Positions 1 to 14,300 of a stretch of DNA of 64,000 bases are shown in pieces (within the stretch, counting starts at the first letter, position 1; every line of letters begins with the position of its first letter). A program made the translations under genes and the position numbers. Source of the stretch: Ylistrum balloti (lineage: Eukaryota); NCBI RefSeq assembly GCF_031769215.1, contig NW_026782198.1:930001-994000 (forward strand). The letters run 5' to 3'. The notes below the pieces were generated by a model. It saw only the letters and a list, made by a program, of their open reading frames with translations, searched no databases and had not been told where the DNA came from.

Positions 1-190
1 TGTCCACTTTCATCACTTCAACATATTTATTTGTCTGCTGATTTTAGCCATTTAATTCAATCCTTTTCTTGCTAAAACCTTAAGAATTGATTGATTGACA
101 CTTTATTAATTTTGATATACAAATATTGTAAGTAAATGTTTTGAAGTACAAACGACAAAATGGGCAGCGTAAGAAATGTTCTATTTTACA

Positions 191-465
191 GTTGTTTGCT
201 GGGATTACCTCTTGTGAACAGCCAGGGTCATGTTGTGGCCGAACCTCGTTATAGTAGCTGGTGTATACCACATTGAACAACATAGGGGAGGTTCATCACA
301 TCCCATCCAGAGTGATTAGGGTAAAGTGTCATGCCTAATAAACATGACCAGCACAGGCAGGTCCGTTTCTCAGAAACAAGCCACTGTAGGTAGAGGGAGT
401 CTAACAACACATCTCAGGTCTTCACCTGAGGTTATGCAAGCTAATGTTCAACCAACTAGAGTCCT
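191..465 (-). mobile_element. tRNA-derived SINE, CORE-like
   Basis: Minus strand has an A-box-like head (ctctagttgg), CORE-like ttaggcatgacactttaccc, and tail accagctactataacgagg...gaccctggctgtt shared with 14495-14755. Confidence 0.55.
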
Positions 466-2306
466 GAACACTAATCAATAATTTTGAACTTCTTTATTTC
501 ATTTTAATGCACTTCATTCCTCTATTTAATAGGAAAATTACGAAGTTACAGAAATCAAAACAATTAGGAATTGTGCATACGTAGATACTAGATTGTTCCT
601 TCATATTTCAATATTCAAAAAGCTTACTGCAAGGAGTAAGAAAACAAAAGACAAGTTGGTATGAGATCAAGTTCTTTATTGGTAAAATAAATACCTGCAT
701 GATGCAGTTGTTCGAAATGAAGTAATATAGTGTACATAATTATAACACTGTATTTGTTCTTTGCACAATTAAAATGGTCATTGCAATGACTTGTATTTTT
801 TCAACCTGGTATTGCTCCAAAACGATCTACCAACAACATTTTCTTTGTCATTTAGCACTACCAAAGGAAAGAACAAAGCCTCACCTTCAGAGGATCTCGT
901 AGATATGAGAGTCGCAAACAAAAACTAGAACTCAAACTGAAACCTCTCATTTTTAGTTCTATATATGAAATTAACCAACATTTTGTGTACCTTTATACAC
1001 TCCTGGAAGGTTGGAGGCACATCGTTCCTAAATGTTGGTGTTCAACTGATTTTCCCATCAGACACTGGCATAGATACCCCTGGTGTACAGAGTCTACACA
1101 AACATGGCAAAAATAGTAGAACAAATGTGTGGACAACAAGTCTGTGTCATCTTATAATCCAGATATAATAAGGCTGATCAGACATCACAAGTTTAAGTTT
1201 TTTTCTTTAAACATTATTTCTACTTTCTTATTCATACTGTCAACCCTTGAGCTCTTTTGCAGTTTAAGATTATTTCATCTCAGCATTTATGAAGTCACTA
1301 TTTCTTGTTTACAATGGTATAAATGATGTCAAAATAAAAAAAAAAAAAAACAACAACTGTTGTTTTGATGATGATCTGCTGAAGATTTGAAGCATGTCAA
1401 TAACTGGCTTTGATTAAAGTTTGATTTTAAGAAGACAATGACATGTTGTCTGTATATTTTTTTAAAATTACACAATAAGAATGTAATAAACCTTTTAAAA
1501 GGACTTGGCATCTTCTAGCTGAGAGGGGGCAGGTCGATCATTAAGTTGGTGTTTTCTTCCATGTTGCCGAATAATTAGTGTAAGTACATTAGTACATTTA
1601 TATACCTATATTAATCTATGAAATCAAAAGTCCACAAAAATCTGATCTTTTGAAAAACCGCAAAAAGTAAGAGAAGTGGATCACGACAACCTACTACAAG
1701 TAACCAGAAATCAAAAAGTTGTCATGATATGTTAACATTGCATGATGCCAGTGTAACTGTAAGCAAATCTACATTTATGTCATCTAAAATGTCAATGTCA
1801 ATTGCTGATTCTGAAGGTGAATGTTATTGTTCCTAAAAACATACCTGAATTTACTATACTCCATTATCTTATCATGTCAGATGAGTATTCTGTACAATTA
1901 TGTAAAATTGTTCAACTTAAAAATTATTTTCAAGATTTAAGAGTAGTGCTAATTACATCTGATAGAAAGCTCTGTGCCACACAAAATTTAATGACAATGA
2001 TAACAGTCTTTAAGCACCATCCACCACAACATAAATATGGGGACTTGAGTTTGAGTTGAGGTTTCAATGTCATTCTTAATGATGCAATAATGATTCTTAG
2101 GAGACACATCAGTCACAACTAAATATTTGTTAAAGGTCAAGATAAACTACTGATGTCATTCTTAGGCAAGCAATTGTTTTTCTTCAATCACTACCAAGAC
2201 ATATATGAATTATACTACAAATATCAATGAGATTTTATGGTAACATATTGAAAAGTTGCTCCTAAGAAATGGCCAGCACAACACCTTTAGGCAGTAGAGT
2301 TTCAAG

Positions 2307-5300
2307 TTACACTCCAAATATCATTCTGAGGTCAGCAAGTGTTAACTTTGTCTTAGATACACCAGATCTACAATAGAAAATACAGATCTCAATTATTTTC
2401 AAATAATAAAGTTTACGAAATGATCTCCTTTGAATTACATAAATTTTGAACAATAGACATGTCAAACTTAAGTATATAGTAGCATATCTGGTATTGTCAA
2501 GTGACTGTTGAAAGAAAACAAAAAATATGAGAAGGTTCAAAACTTTTCATATGTCATGAAGAGGTCAAACAATGTATTAGAAATATGGATGCACTCACGC
2601 ATGGATGAACACAGACACAGACAAAGTGATAACTATGTAGCCCACTCCTTTACATCAGGAGGGGGGTATGAAAATCATTCAAAGAAGAAAAACTCCAAAC
2701 ATGTACTCATATTTGAAGAAAGAAAAATTATATAGGAACAGAAAAATATAGATGTTGCTACCTACCCTGACAAAACATTATCTGCTATAGCTTGTTTCCT
2801 CTTTTGTAATTGAACAATCTTCTCTTCAACTGTGTCCCGACACAAAAACCTGCAAATATTCAGATCTCTATTAAAGCAAAATGAACAGAAAATGGGACTG
2901 CTATTTAAACACCACACAACATTTCATGTTAATTATATCAAAGGCTACGAGTAACATCTGGCTAATCTTCATTTCTTTTTTGTTGTATTTTTCAAGAATT
3001 AGAAAAATATAGTATCTGTCAGACTAATAGAATTTGCAATAAATGAGTATACAATGGTAGTATCAGAAATAGTGCAACAACTTTCTTGAAATAATCAATT
3101 AAATAGCATAGTTTTGTACCATTTTAAAACTTGTCCTTATTAGTAATTATACGTTGGAATTTACAGCAAAGCACAAGAGGTCTAGATTTCACTGATGATT
3201 TTGTATATAGCTGAACTCTGTAGACTGACAGACTTTATCACCTCTGTGTGATGTGGACTGAGCCTATCACAACTCAAGGGCAGTATTTAAAGCTTTGCCA
3301 AGTACATTGTACTGGACTTTAACTAGAAACAAAAACGGAATTGAAACTAATTTGATTAATGGAATATTGTGTTATATAATTTCTTTTTTGAATAAAGTTG
3401 AATTTTCAAACCTGTGTATGAAGACATCTTTCTTTTGTCCAACACGATGGATTCTATCACAAGCCTGCTCCTCCAGAGAAGGATTCCTTTAAAATCACAA
3501 AATCACAAACGATACAGCTATTAGAAATTACAAAACAACTGTGTGAAGGATTACATTTTTTTAACCTACTGTAAAATCAATTATTTTCATGGGGGATTTG
3601 TTTTCATTGATATTGTGGGTAGGCAAATAGTCCACAAATTTGTATGTCCACAAATTTTTGAAATAAGTGTTAGTAGATTCATTGAGCTTTTAAAAAAATG
3701 TTTTAAATGATAATAAATTAGATTAAAAAAGTGGGGGAAAAAATGAAAATTTAGACCCACAAAAATATATGGTTAAATCGTACACTGAGAAATTCAAAAC
3801 TAGTAAATATTTTTATTTTCATCTTTATATCAGTTAGGTTAATGCATCAACAATGTTATTAAATTAATAAATAACAGCACAATGAGCCGACTATATCATG
3901 AAATTCTCTGGTTAGAGAGGTTTATCTGAAGTAAAAGCTCCTATGTTATTTGCAACATTATAACAAAAATAAAATGTGTGACACCACAATGATAATGATA
4001 TAAGCTGACAATATATCAGCCTTCAGGTAGAATGGATCACTGCTTGCTGGATTTATCACCCCGTGTACAGCCACGGTCAATTTGCGGCAGAGTCTCTTTG
4101 TTGTAGCTGTGGGCTACCTCAATAAAAACAAGAGACCTGTTGCATGCTGGCAACCATGTTTAGGGTAAAGTTTCTTGCTTAAAGACACAACCAAAACATC
4201 TAAGACAAAGCTGTTTCAAAATTTCCTGCGAAACATGAACGTCCATGTAAAGTGAGCTTCAAATCACAGACATAAAATATTCCTTTGAGGTTTTGTTTTC
4301 AACCCTCTCCAACCCAGTTATTGCAATCTCCAGAACAGAGCTGATAATTGTCTGAAATAAGGTGTTATTAAGAAATTAAAGATGAATGCTCATAAGAGGA
4401 GAGTCTGGTCATTCAGACATTTGGTCCCATGCTGGCTCTTGATTTTGTTTCCCAACAAAGGGATGAATGCAAGCATGGCTGTTACAATTGTAGCTTGTAA
4501 ATAGTAGCATACACCCTTAACTTTAACACAATTTTAACAGGAAGCCAAGGTAATTGAAACATACCAATGTTGGTCTAGTAAAAACAGATGGTTTCCCCCA
4601 ATAAGGTTAAGTCCGACTCCTCCTGCACGAAGTGATACCAGCATCACTTCTGGTCCACTGCCACTTGAATTAAAAGCATCTACAGCTTCAGCACGCTTCT
4701 TTGGTGGGATGTTTCCCTTGATAATGCTGTATTTGATGTTAAGCTTGTCCAACTGTAGACCTACAATCTCCAGCAATTTTGTCCACTGGGATACAATTAC
4801 ACTGAAATCAAGATACAATCATTGTTTTTGTTATTGTCATGTCATATGGAAATGCATGAAATTTTTGGGAAATCTTAAAAATCATTTTTTGTCAAAAAAA
4901 TTTCTTTCATTTAATCTTTGCTCTTCAACAGGGAAAATCAATGAGGATATCCACCAGCCTTCTTATCAAAACTTCTAAGACTAGTTTGAAATATGTAGTT
5001 TTCAGTGAAAACAAGTTTTAAAGAAATTCAATTAGCCCATTATTCTATAATCGTAACTTTTAAGACTCCTTATAGAAATATTGGGTTTTATCATACAGAT
5101 TCATTCTATGTTTTCCCATTCAATATGTTTAGTTATGGAATTGTAAACATTACCATGCTCAAAGGTTTAATAAAACTCTGACAAAAACTCTAAATTACGT
5201 CCATTAAAAGGCTTTCACTCAGTTTTTTTCATTTTTTTACCTTTTCTGTCTTCTGTCTTTTTCTCTAATTTCCTTCAGTTTTTCTAATAAAAATTTCATC

Positions 5301-8300
5301 TACAAAATAAACAAAAAGACTATAACATATCTAACAGGAGACACTTGTGCTGGCAAAAGAAAGAATATATATTTTAACACACACATTTCCGTAATACCAA
5401 GTTGAAAAATTAGCTTTACAGACTATTAACAGACTTTTTATCAGAAAAAGGATAAAATTTTATATACCACGGTTGCTATGAATGGGATAACTCTATCCTA
5501 CATGGGGTAGGGAAAGAACTCCGGGCAAATGCTATGATGCCACTTGCAATAGGGTAGAGTCATATTTTGAGTAGCGTAATATTGGAAATTGATATAGTAA
5601 ATTTTGACGAACATTTAATAGGACATGAATGATGTACAATGGATCGGGTTCAGAACAATTAACAATTTGTTTTGTTTTTTTATATGTGACTAACTGACTT
5701 ATCAAAATATTCCACATTATTACATCAGATCTTGGTGGCATACCTTTGTGCTTAGAAATGACTGTTCAAACATTGGTGATGCTTTTGTGAGTTTTGGTTC
5801 CTCTGGTTTGCCTGGCTCTTCCAGCATTAGGTCCCTCATCTGATCTGCTATGTCTAATTCTAAACCTTCAGACTCTGCTGTCTCCTCATCAAATGCCTTA
5901 AATATAATTTTGAAAGACCTGCACATGTATCGTCTTATCACAAGCTTTAACACTTTGCAAACACACAATCTTGAAACAGATTTAAAAAATGTACTGTTGT
6001 TATACTTGCATTTTTTCCTGATTTTTCTTTTTTTCTCAAATTTGCAAAATTTCTTGTTAAATGCATATCTGTGATTTTCAGACTCAAAATTTACTCATCT
6101 ATTATTGGAAACTTTACCAGTCTTGCAAACCCAACAAATGAAGCTGAAACACTATATTTGAACATGTTGAAATGACCATTGCTGAATCTATGATGGATTT
6201 TTTTAAGCTGGATATCACTACATATACATACATCTCTCATGAGACTCAAATGGCAGCAGCACTGTCTCAATCGCAGTAATAACACGAGGATCTGCTGAGC
6301 GCCAACCTTCTTGCTTTGTTGTGAGGCTGCTCCAGCCCCATCAACCCGACCATCATTCTCACGATCTTTGAATGGATTGACGTTTTCTTTTGTGATACCG
6401 TCTTTCTCATCCTGTCTTCTTAGATATTCTTTCAGTACTGACCTTTATGAACAAAATCCAGACTGAACAATAATTTCAGGTTTTTGATCGAAAGAACACA
6501 ACAGCAATAAATATACCAAGAAGTTAGAGCTATCAACTTTTGTGTTTATATTCATTGTTCCAAATCTTTACAAAAATGAATAAAATGCCATAACTCTGCA
6601 TATTTTGTAAGACCCTATCATGCCTTAGTAAGTTAGTTTGAGACATGGCCTCACAAAAAGTGATAAAGTGCGAAAAAGGACAATAATTCTGCAAATTATA
6701 CAATCCTAGACCTTATATCAGTATGCAAACTATCAAACCATGTTCTGGCATACAGATTCATCAAAATCTAATTGATAAAGAAAGTAAGACATGACAGACT
6801 CCCTGTCAAGGTGATATAGACCATGTAACTGAATTACTGGTAAATTTCTCATCAAGTGGTGCTACAAGGGATTAGAAAGAAATAAACTATTCTTTAAGTA
6901 TCCCAAAGTTTAAACTGAGACAAAGAGAATATTTTCTTTTTCACAGATCCTTCATTTGTTCTGCGATATCAATATTCACACAGAAAAGTGTCAAGTTACC
7001 ACAGAAAAAACCTTATAATTATAAAATATTTTAATGCTGAATTTCAGCTTAAGCTCACCAATTAAAAAACAAATTGTAACATTTGAATAAATCAATCACT
7101 ACTCACTTATGTTATCAAAAGCTTAAGTTCATTACCATTGGAAACTCTCACTGATCACATTTATTTGAAGTTCACACTCACCGAGATTGAGAGAAAACTT
7201 TATCGTACACAGATCTCTCACTTTCTGAAAGTTTTAACTCCCACACCTGACTTGACTTGGTTGTCATGGCAACCTGGAAATAGAAAGGACAATACACTCT
7301 AACAGTTACACATCTCAGTCTAAGATTTTTACCCATTTTTACTTTTCAGAATATCAGTCAATTTTTAATCTGCTTATTTCAGGACTATACAAGTAAAACA
7401 TCTCTTTCACACAGGACTCCATATTTTGTTCTAAGAGTAATACAAATAAAATATAACCGATAGATTGCTTAGGAGTAACAGATAGGAATCTGAACCAGCT
7501 AGAAGCAATTTTGTGATTTATTTTGGTGTGTTATGTTACTTAAATAGCCATAAGGCAAATATTTAATTGAAATACCTACAGTTAATATTCAATAATATAT
7601 CAAAATTATCATGTAGCAGCAGTATACAGAGAAAAGCCAACACAAAACATGAAATTCACAACTTCTAACCAAGACAGTATCAAACATTCATACAATTTCC
7701 TACAGGTATTGAAATGAGCCTTCACACTCTTTATGGTATATCCCTTACCAAGGGTTTTCCAGCCTTGTCTGTCTGGGACTTTGTTCTCCGTAAGAGTAAC
7801 GATTTCACAAGAATGTTCAATCGATTCTGTCCCGAGGCTACAAAAACAATCCATGGCCATAAATGATTGCATTTCATAAAATTACTGACTTGTACAAAAA
7901 AGCCTGACTTTACAATAAGTTAGTATACAATGTCATACTGATTCTGCATACTTTTCAAATCTTTCTCTTATTCAAACAGAGAAAATAAAATAAGTATGTT
8001 TTTATGATAAATGATGAATATGAACCATGTATCAAAATAAATGATGCATCAAGTATTTTTTTCAAAATATAAATTGGTAATCATATATATATATATAACA
8101 ACAGTTTCAGTCATATACAGAAGATTCAACAAAAGACAGACTGAAATGTATATGAATTCATAACTTGCATGAGCATTAATTAAGCTTAGTATAAGGTAAA
8201 GAGATTTTTTAAAAAAATGTCCAAATTGTTGTAGTTTTGATCAAAAGCAAGAAGCAAACAAATGTATTGCCATTTCCTCCCCCCCTCCCCCTCCGGAAGG

Positions 8301-11300
8301 TCAGGAAACCAATAAGTATGTAATTACAATGTTGATATGTATTTTTTATAATTTTTGCAACATAATTATATCATCAAAAACAGCCAAAAAAATAAAGTCC
8401 CTCAAAAATCACTTAGTATACAGTAACAATTAAGACAGAATTTTCTCTAAAGGATAAATATAAGTAAAATATAAATATAAGTAAATATACCAGGTAAGTA
8501 CTCTGTTATCCTCAATAATGCAGATATCAGTTTAAAACCTACGATAAAAATATCTTGGAGAAATCCCTGAAACAGTCTACAATTATGAAAGATGCTATTC
8601 ACTTAACTTTCAATTCAAACTTACATTTTCCAGTATCTACTTGACGTTTCCAGACTTTGTACTCATCAAATGGGGAGCACCTCAGAAACCTAAAACATGA
8701 ATATAGAAGTAAAGGGAACTTTGATTGTTAATTACTTCAATTAACAAATATATAATTCAACACACTTCATTTGCTTTCAAGTGGCTTTTGAAAAACATAT
8801 GTATTTATTAGGTTTGTCAACCTCGAGTCCAAAGGCAAGCACAAAGATTGTTTTAAATTTAGTACAAAAAAACCAGAGTACACAGAGAAAGTACATATCA
8901 TGCAGTTATAGGTGAGCAAAACCTCTTTTACCTGATTGATAGAACATTACAGTAAATCATGTCCAGTGTATAAAGTCTATGCATCCTACTTTCAGAGCAT
9001 TAGGTGTATCTCTACCTTAACAGACGGTACACATCTAGAAGTTCAGAAAGTAGATGTTTTGAAGTTGGTTCTGTATTGAGCACTGGGTATTTCCCTACTG
9101 TAACAAAGGGCTAAAGTCTAGAAGTTGGTTCTGTATGGAGCACTGGGTATTTTCTTCTTTATCTGACAGTAAATGTCAAGAAGCTGGCTCAGCATTGGGC
9201 ATTAGGAATTTTCCTACCATAATAGTACATGTCAAGACCTTTACAGATGGTACATATCTCAAAGTTTAGAAAGCAGATGCCTTAAGTTGGTTCTGTATGC
9301 GATACTGGGAATTTCCTTACCTTAACAGAGAGTACATGTCTAGAAGTTGGTTCTGTATTCAATACTGGGAATTTCCTTACCGTAACAGAGAGTACATGTC
9401 TAGAAGTTGGTTCTGTATGCAATACTGGGAATTTCCTTACCGTAACAGAGAGTACATGTCTAGAAGTTGGTTCTGTATGGAGCACTGGAAATTTCCTTAC
9501 CGTAAGAGAGAGTACATGTCTAGAAGTTGGTTCTGTATAGGAGTGCCAGTGATTGCCCATCTATGAGAAGCTCTCAAGCGACACACAGCCATAGCAGTAA
9601 GGCTCTTATGGTTCTTGATGTTATGAGCCTCGTCCAGAATAATTCTCTCCCAAACAATTCTTAGTATGTTACACTGCAATGCAGGGTTGGACACCTGAAA
9701 CACAGTCACAACTCATCAGTATGAATTAATTGAGATATCAACTATCCTTTTCTCAAAATGATCAAAAGTGAAATGAAGTTGACAAACAAAAAAGTTTCAT
9801 ACAGGAAAGATTTGAAAACATACACCTTTGAAAGTGATCTGACAAGCACATTTTTGATGAATTAATGTCCATATGATTTAGGTGATAGTTAAACAGGTAA
9901 AAAAATTATATGAAAACTACATTTTTTTTCTTAGAATTGAAATACATTGTATTGATATATACAGTAGTTGAAGGGAAAATATGACAGGGAAAATATTGCT
10001 TCCAAGAAATATCTGAATCTGTATTAATGAAATTAATGTTAGTAGTCAAATCACTGGGCAAGTTATAAAGTTTGAAATTAGCTTTTTGAAAAAGCATTCC
10101 ATATCATGACAAATAAAAGATATAAAGACGAAACATAAACCTATAAAAACTTTAATTTCTATATCCAATTAAAAAATATCTTACCTCGGATTGTGGATTT
10201 TCTGTTTCATCTTCATCGTCCTTCACTGGTTCATCGGCATTTGTGTTCGAAGAGCCAACTTCTTTTGCAACAATATTATATGTTGTAATGACTACATCAT
10301 ATGCAGCGAGCCTGTCATTACAAATTCATAAGTTTAATCATATTACTGAGATCTACAAAAGATCTTTTCATTCAAACTTTTCTCCATTCTTCCAATAAAT
10401 TCTAGATCACTCATTCGACAGAACAGATGTATTCAAAACCTGAATCATACCCTGAAAATTGTAAAGAATTGTAAACTCTAGTACCGGTATTTAATTACAT
10501 GCCAAAATAATATTGAGGATGTTGAAGATCTACCTATCATAAAACTCACTTGTGTCTAACACATTGAATACATCAGATAAGTTGAATGTTTTGTTCAGTT
10601 TTTATTTTTTCTCTTCTTTATCTAAGTAAATTAGACACAGATAATCTGAATTGAATTGAATACTGCCTTTGTGCTGAATATATTTTGTGGTCTATCTCTT
10701 CTAAATTCATTCTCTTTAACAGTTAGGCTTTTACAGTGTTGTACATGTAAAGTTGTGATTCAGTGCTGTTGCCATGGCCTACAGCTTTTCGTAACTCACT
10801 TCAGTGATATAGATGTAATATCAATGTAGAATGTTCATGAGTACATATTTTTTTTAGTTTTATTTTAAGATATTGTAGACAGGATTTGTTACTCTTAAGG
10901 ATATAAATATGAATACAATAATTGTATGTTTTTAGGTATCACTTTCACTAAGCTTTGTGTATGAGAATGGATGTGTTTCCACACATGTGCTGCAATTCCA
11001 TGAGGAGTGTTTCACATTAGTTTTTGTTTTATATTCATACATGTGACTGTTTATCTAAATAACAGATATCGTTAGTGTATAAAAGTATAACATGTTTTAT
11101 TTATCTACTTACTCATTACTGTCACGCCATGCAGATGAGAATAGGGTCAATCTTACATGCACAATGTCTCCGTTCATCGAAACACAGCTAAGTCGAACCA
11201 TTAAATAAGTCAAATAATTCATTTGGTTCCATCGACTTTTGATTTGTCAATGCTTTACTGTATATGATAATTTAAAGGAAACCTGACAAACCGTTTAATA

Positions 11301-14300
11301 TTTTGCTCCCTGTTTGGTCCGTGATATAGCAGAACAGATAAAAGGTTTGAACGACACCGTTTCTCAATCTCTTTGTGCCACTGGTGGATTAGGGAAGCTG
11401 GACACACAACCAGGGTGGCTTTAGACTTTACAAGATTTTTTCCAACTACAACACAACAAATCTTGGGATTATTAGAATAAATACAATACAGTGCACATTG
11501 CAACAAGTTTAATCTTCCAAAATAACAAAATGACATTTTCCAAACATATTTTTAATGAAGGAAGACTAGTGGTAGCACATTATGTAATATTTTATCATTT
11601 TATTTGGTTTACCAAAAAAGTTTGAAAGAGGATCAACATAATCATTCATTAAAGGTATCTATTCAGCATCAAGTTTAAAATTTTGTTTTCAATCTTAAGA
11701 ACATTCACTATTTCAGCCCATTTAATTCCATCACATTCAGTTTTGAGTAATCATAAACTTTTTTTTGTCCACATCAAAATAATTTTTGCAATTTTTTTTT
11801 CAAATTAATCATTTCTTGACATCAGGTAAAGGTCAAGCAGTCTCATTTCTATGTAAATAAAATCTTTGTTTTCTCATCAAAATTGCAAAAATCATTGGCA
11901 TCAACCATTTGCATATAAAAAAACAAATCACATTCCAGCTATTCACTTCCAATATCATAAACATTCCTGATTTTTATTTACTTTTTATAATCACCAACCT
12001 TTCTTAATTGCCTCATCGAAATTGCACTTTGTTATTTCCTTTTCTAAATGACTTAGTGGTCAAAATAATTCTTTCACCTAACATCTTTATTTATATCACT
12101 CACATTTCTTCATTTCCTTGTCTTTGCTTTTCCATTCCTCCTCATCCTCCGTTCGTTCTTCATCCTTTCGTGATTCATTCTGCTTAGCTATCAGTGAGAT
12201 CATGGTTAGTGTTTTACCTAGCCCCATGTCATCCGCTGCAAAACACAAATATTGTAAAATAAGGTATTTGGTAGTGTACATTTTTTTTTACTTGCTATTT
12301 CATGGACACTTAATTTTATATTGAATTTAGTTCAATAAATATACTTAACATACTTATCTAAGCACTTCATAAACATATAAATTCAATGACATTACAATGT
12401 AAATCCCATACAAAAATGAACGTTTTTACAGTAATTTGTACATAAATTTGTATCATATTTGTATGCTCCCAGATCAAAAGATTTCGGGGAATATAATTTT
12501 TGTGCTGTCTGTTTGTCAAATTTAACCTTGCCCATAATTAAAAAACTGTATGAGGTAGGGCTTTTATATTTGGCATGTGTATTCCTTGTGACTAGACATT
12601 TACAGTGGTACCAAAATTGTTTACCTTCACTGAGATCTTTGAATAACAATTGCAAAAGCAATTGCAAACATAGGCCATAACTATTGTACCATAAGAGGTA
12701 GGGTTTTCATATTTGGCATGTGTGTTCCTTGTGACAAGACCTTTCTAATGGGTACCAAATTATTTTAACATGTGACATTAACTGTGACCTTTGATCTACA
12801 TTTGAAAGCTAGCACATACCTTATGCAGTACAGTTTCAATTTCCCACTTCAGAACTTTGTTGCCACTAAGGCTAGTGTTTTATAAACACATCTTGTTCTA
12901 ATTCAATTTTCATTATTGTAAATAGTAAACTAACCTTATTTGTTCGGCAAAACTTCATTTGTCCAAACAAAAATCAAAGAAACCCTAAAGGTTTATATCT
13001 GTTTGCCTACTAGACCCTATCCCACTGCCCTCAGGGGGTCAGTCAAATCATTTATACAAAGTCTCCTTCATCCAAGCATGCTTCATCAAATTTGGAGAAA
13101 ATTCTATCATTCATACAGAAGATGGATAACAACGATTGACCAGTCCTTTGTTACCCATAAGAACTGAGTTGTCTCACCTTGCTGTTGTATGACATTCATG
13201 TCTTACAGATAAAAGCAGGGTTGTGTCCTCTTATCTATCAAGTTTTCCCACACTGAGGTGACAGCCTTACCAAGTTTACCAAGTTTTTCCACACTGAGGT
13301 GACAGTCTTAACAAGTATTCCACACTGAGATGACAGCCTTACCAAGTTTTTCCACACTGAGATGACAGCCTTACCAAGTCTTTCCACACTGAGGTGACAG
13401 TCTTAACAAGTATTCCACACTGAGATGACAGCCTTACCAAGTTTTTCCACACTGAGATGACAGCCTTACCAAGTTTTTCCACACTGAGGTGACAGTCTTA
13501 ACAAGTATTCCACACTGAGATGACAGCCTTACCAAGTTTTCCCACACTGAGGTGACAGCCTTACCATGTTTTTCCACACTGAGGTGACAGCCTTACCAAG
13601 TTTTCCCACACTGAGGTGACAGCCTTACCATGTTTTTCCACACTGAGGTGACATCCTTACCAAGTTTTTCCACACTGAGATGACAGCCTTACCAAGTTTT
13701 CCCACACTGAGGTGACAGCTTTACCATGTTTTTCCACACTGAGATGACAACATTACCAAGTTTTTCCACACTGAGGTGACAGCCTTACCATGTTTTTCCA
13801 CACTGAGGTGACAGTCTTAACAAGTTTTCCCACACTGAGGTGACAGCCTTACCAAGTATTCCACCCTGAGGTTGTTGTTTCTCCCTCCATGTCAGCCAGG
13901 CAAGTGCTCTTCTTTGATGAGTCATCAGAGGAACAGTTAGCCCCTTGGGATCTGTAAGCTCAATCTCCTCTCCAGGACAGGTCTCCAGTTGTCTACAATA
14001 CAGACCAATCAAATTTATATTATCTTACCTACTCTGCGCTATTCAAGTACCAGGTAATTTGCTGGCATGTATCTTATACACTATGTACCAGGATTTCAGA
14101 TTTTGATTCAGATTTTCTTCATAATATACGTGGGAGTGATAGGTATATGTAGGAAACCCAGTCACAGATAGCCATCATTTATTTAGGAATTCAGAGGTCA
14201 GACAGATTCTGATTTATTGGAATATACTTGTTACTACTGTTAGCTACACATGATGAATTTTGTTGGTACCTGATGAGCAGATCCAGTATTTTGTCACAAT

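Noticed and set aside
965-1326. Short ORFs downstream of TTF2
   Set aside because: No splice-site or homology support; probably UTR or intergenic.
6232-6442. Apparent frameshift in TTF2 exon 18
   Set aside because: Recounting the T-run at 6383-6391 gives an intact frame.
9282-9566. Repetitive ORFs on both strands ([11 protein letters not shown]..., [10 protein letters not shown]...)
   Set aside because: By-products of the 60-bp repeat, in frames unrelated to TTF2.
13239-13862. CRISPR-like appearance of the 32-bp array
   Set aside because: Units are contiguous with no unique spacers, no cas genes, and the DNA is eukaryotic.
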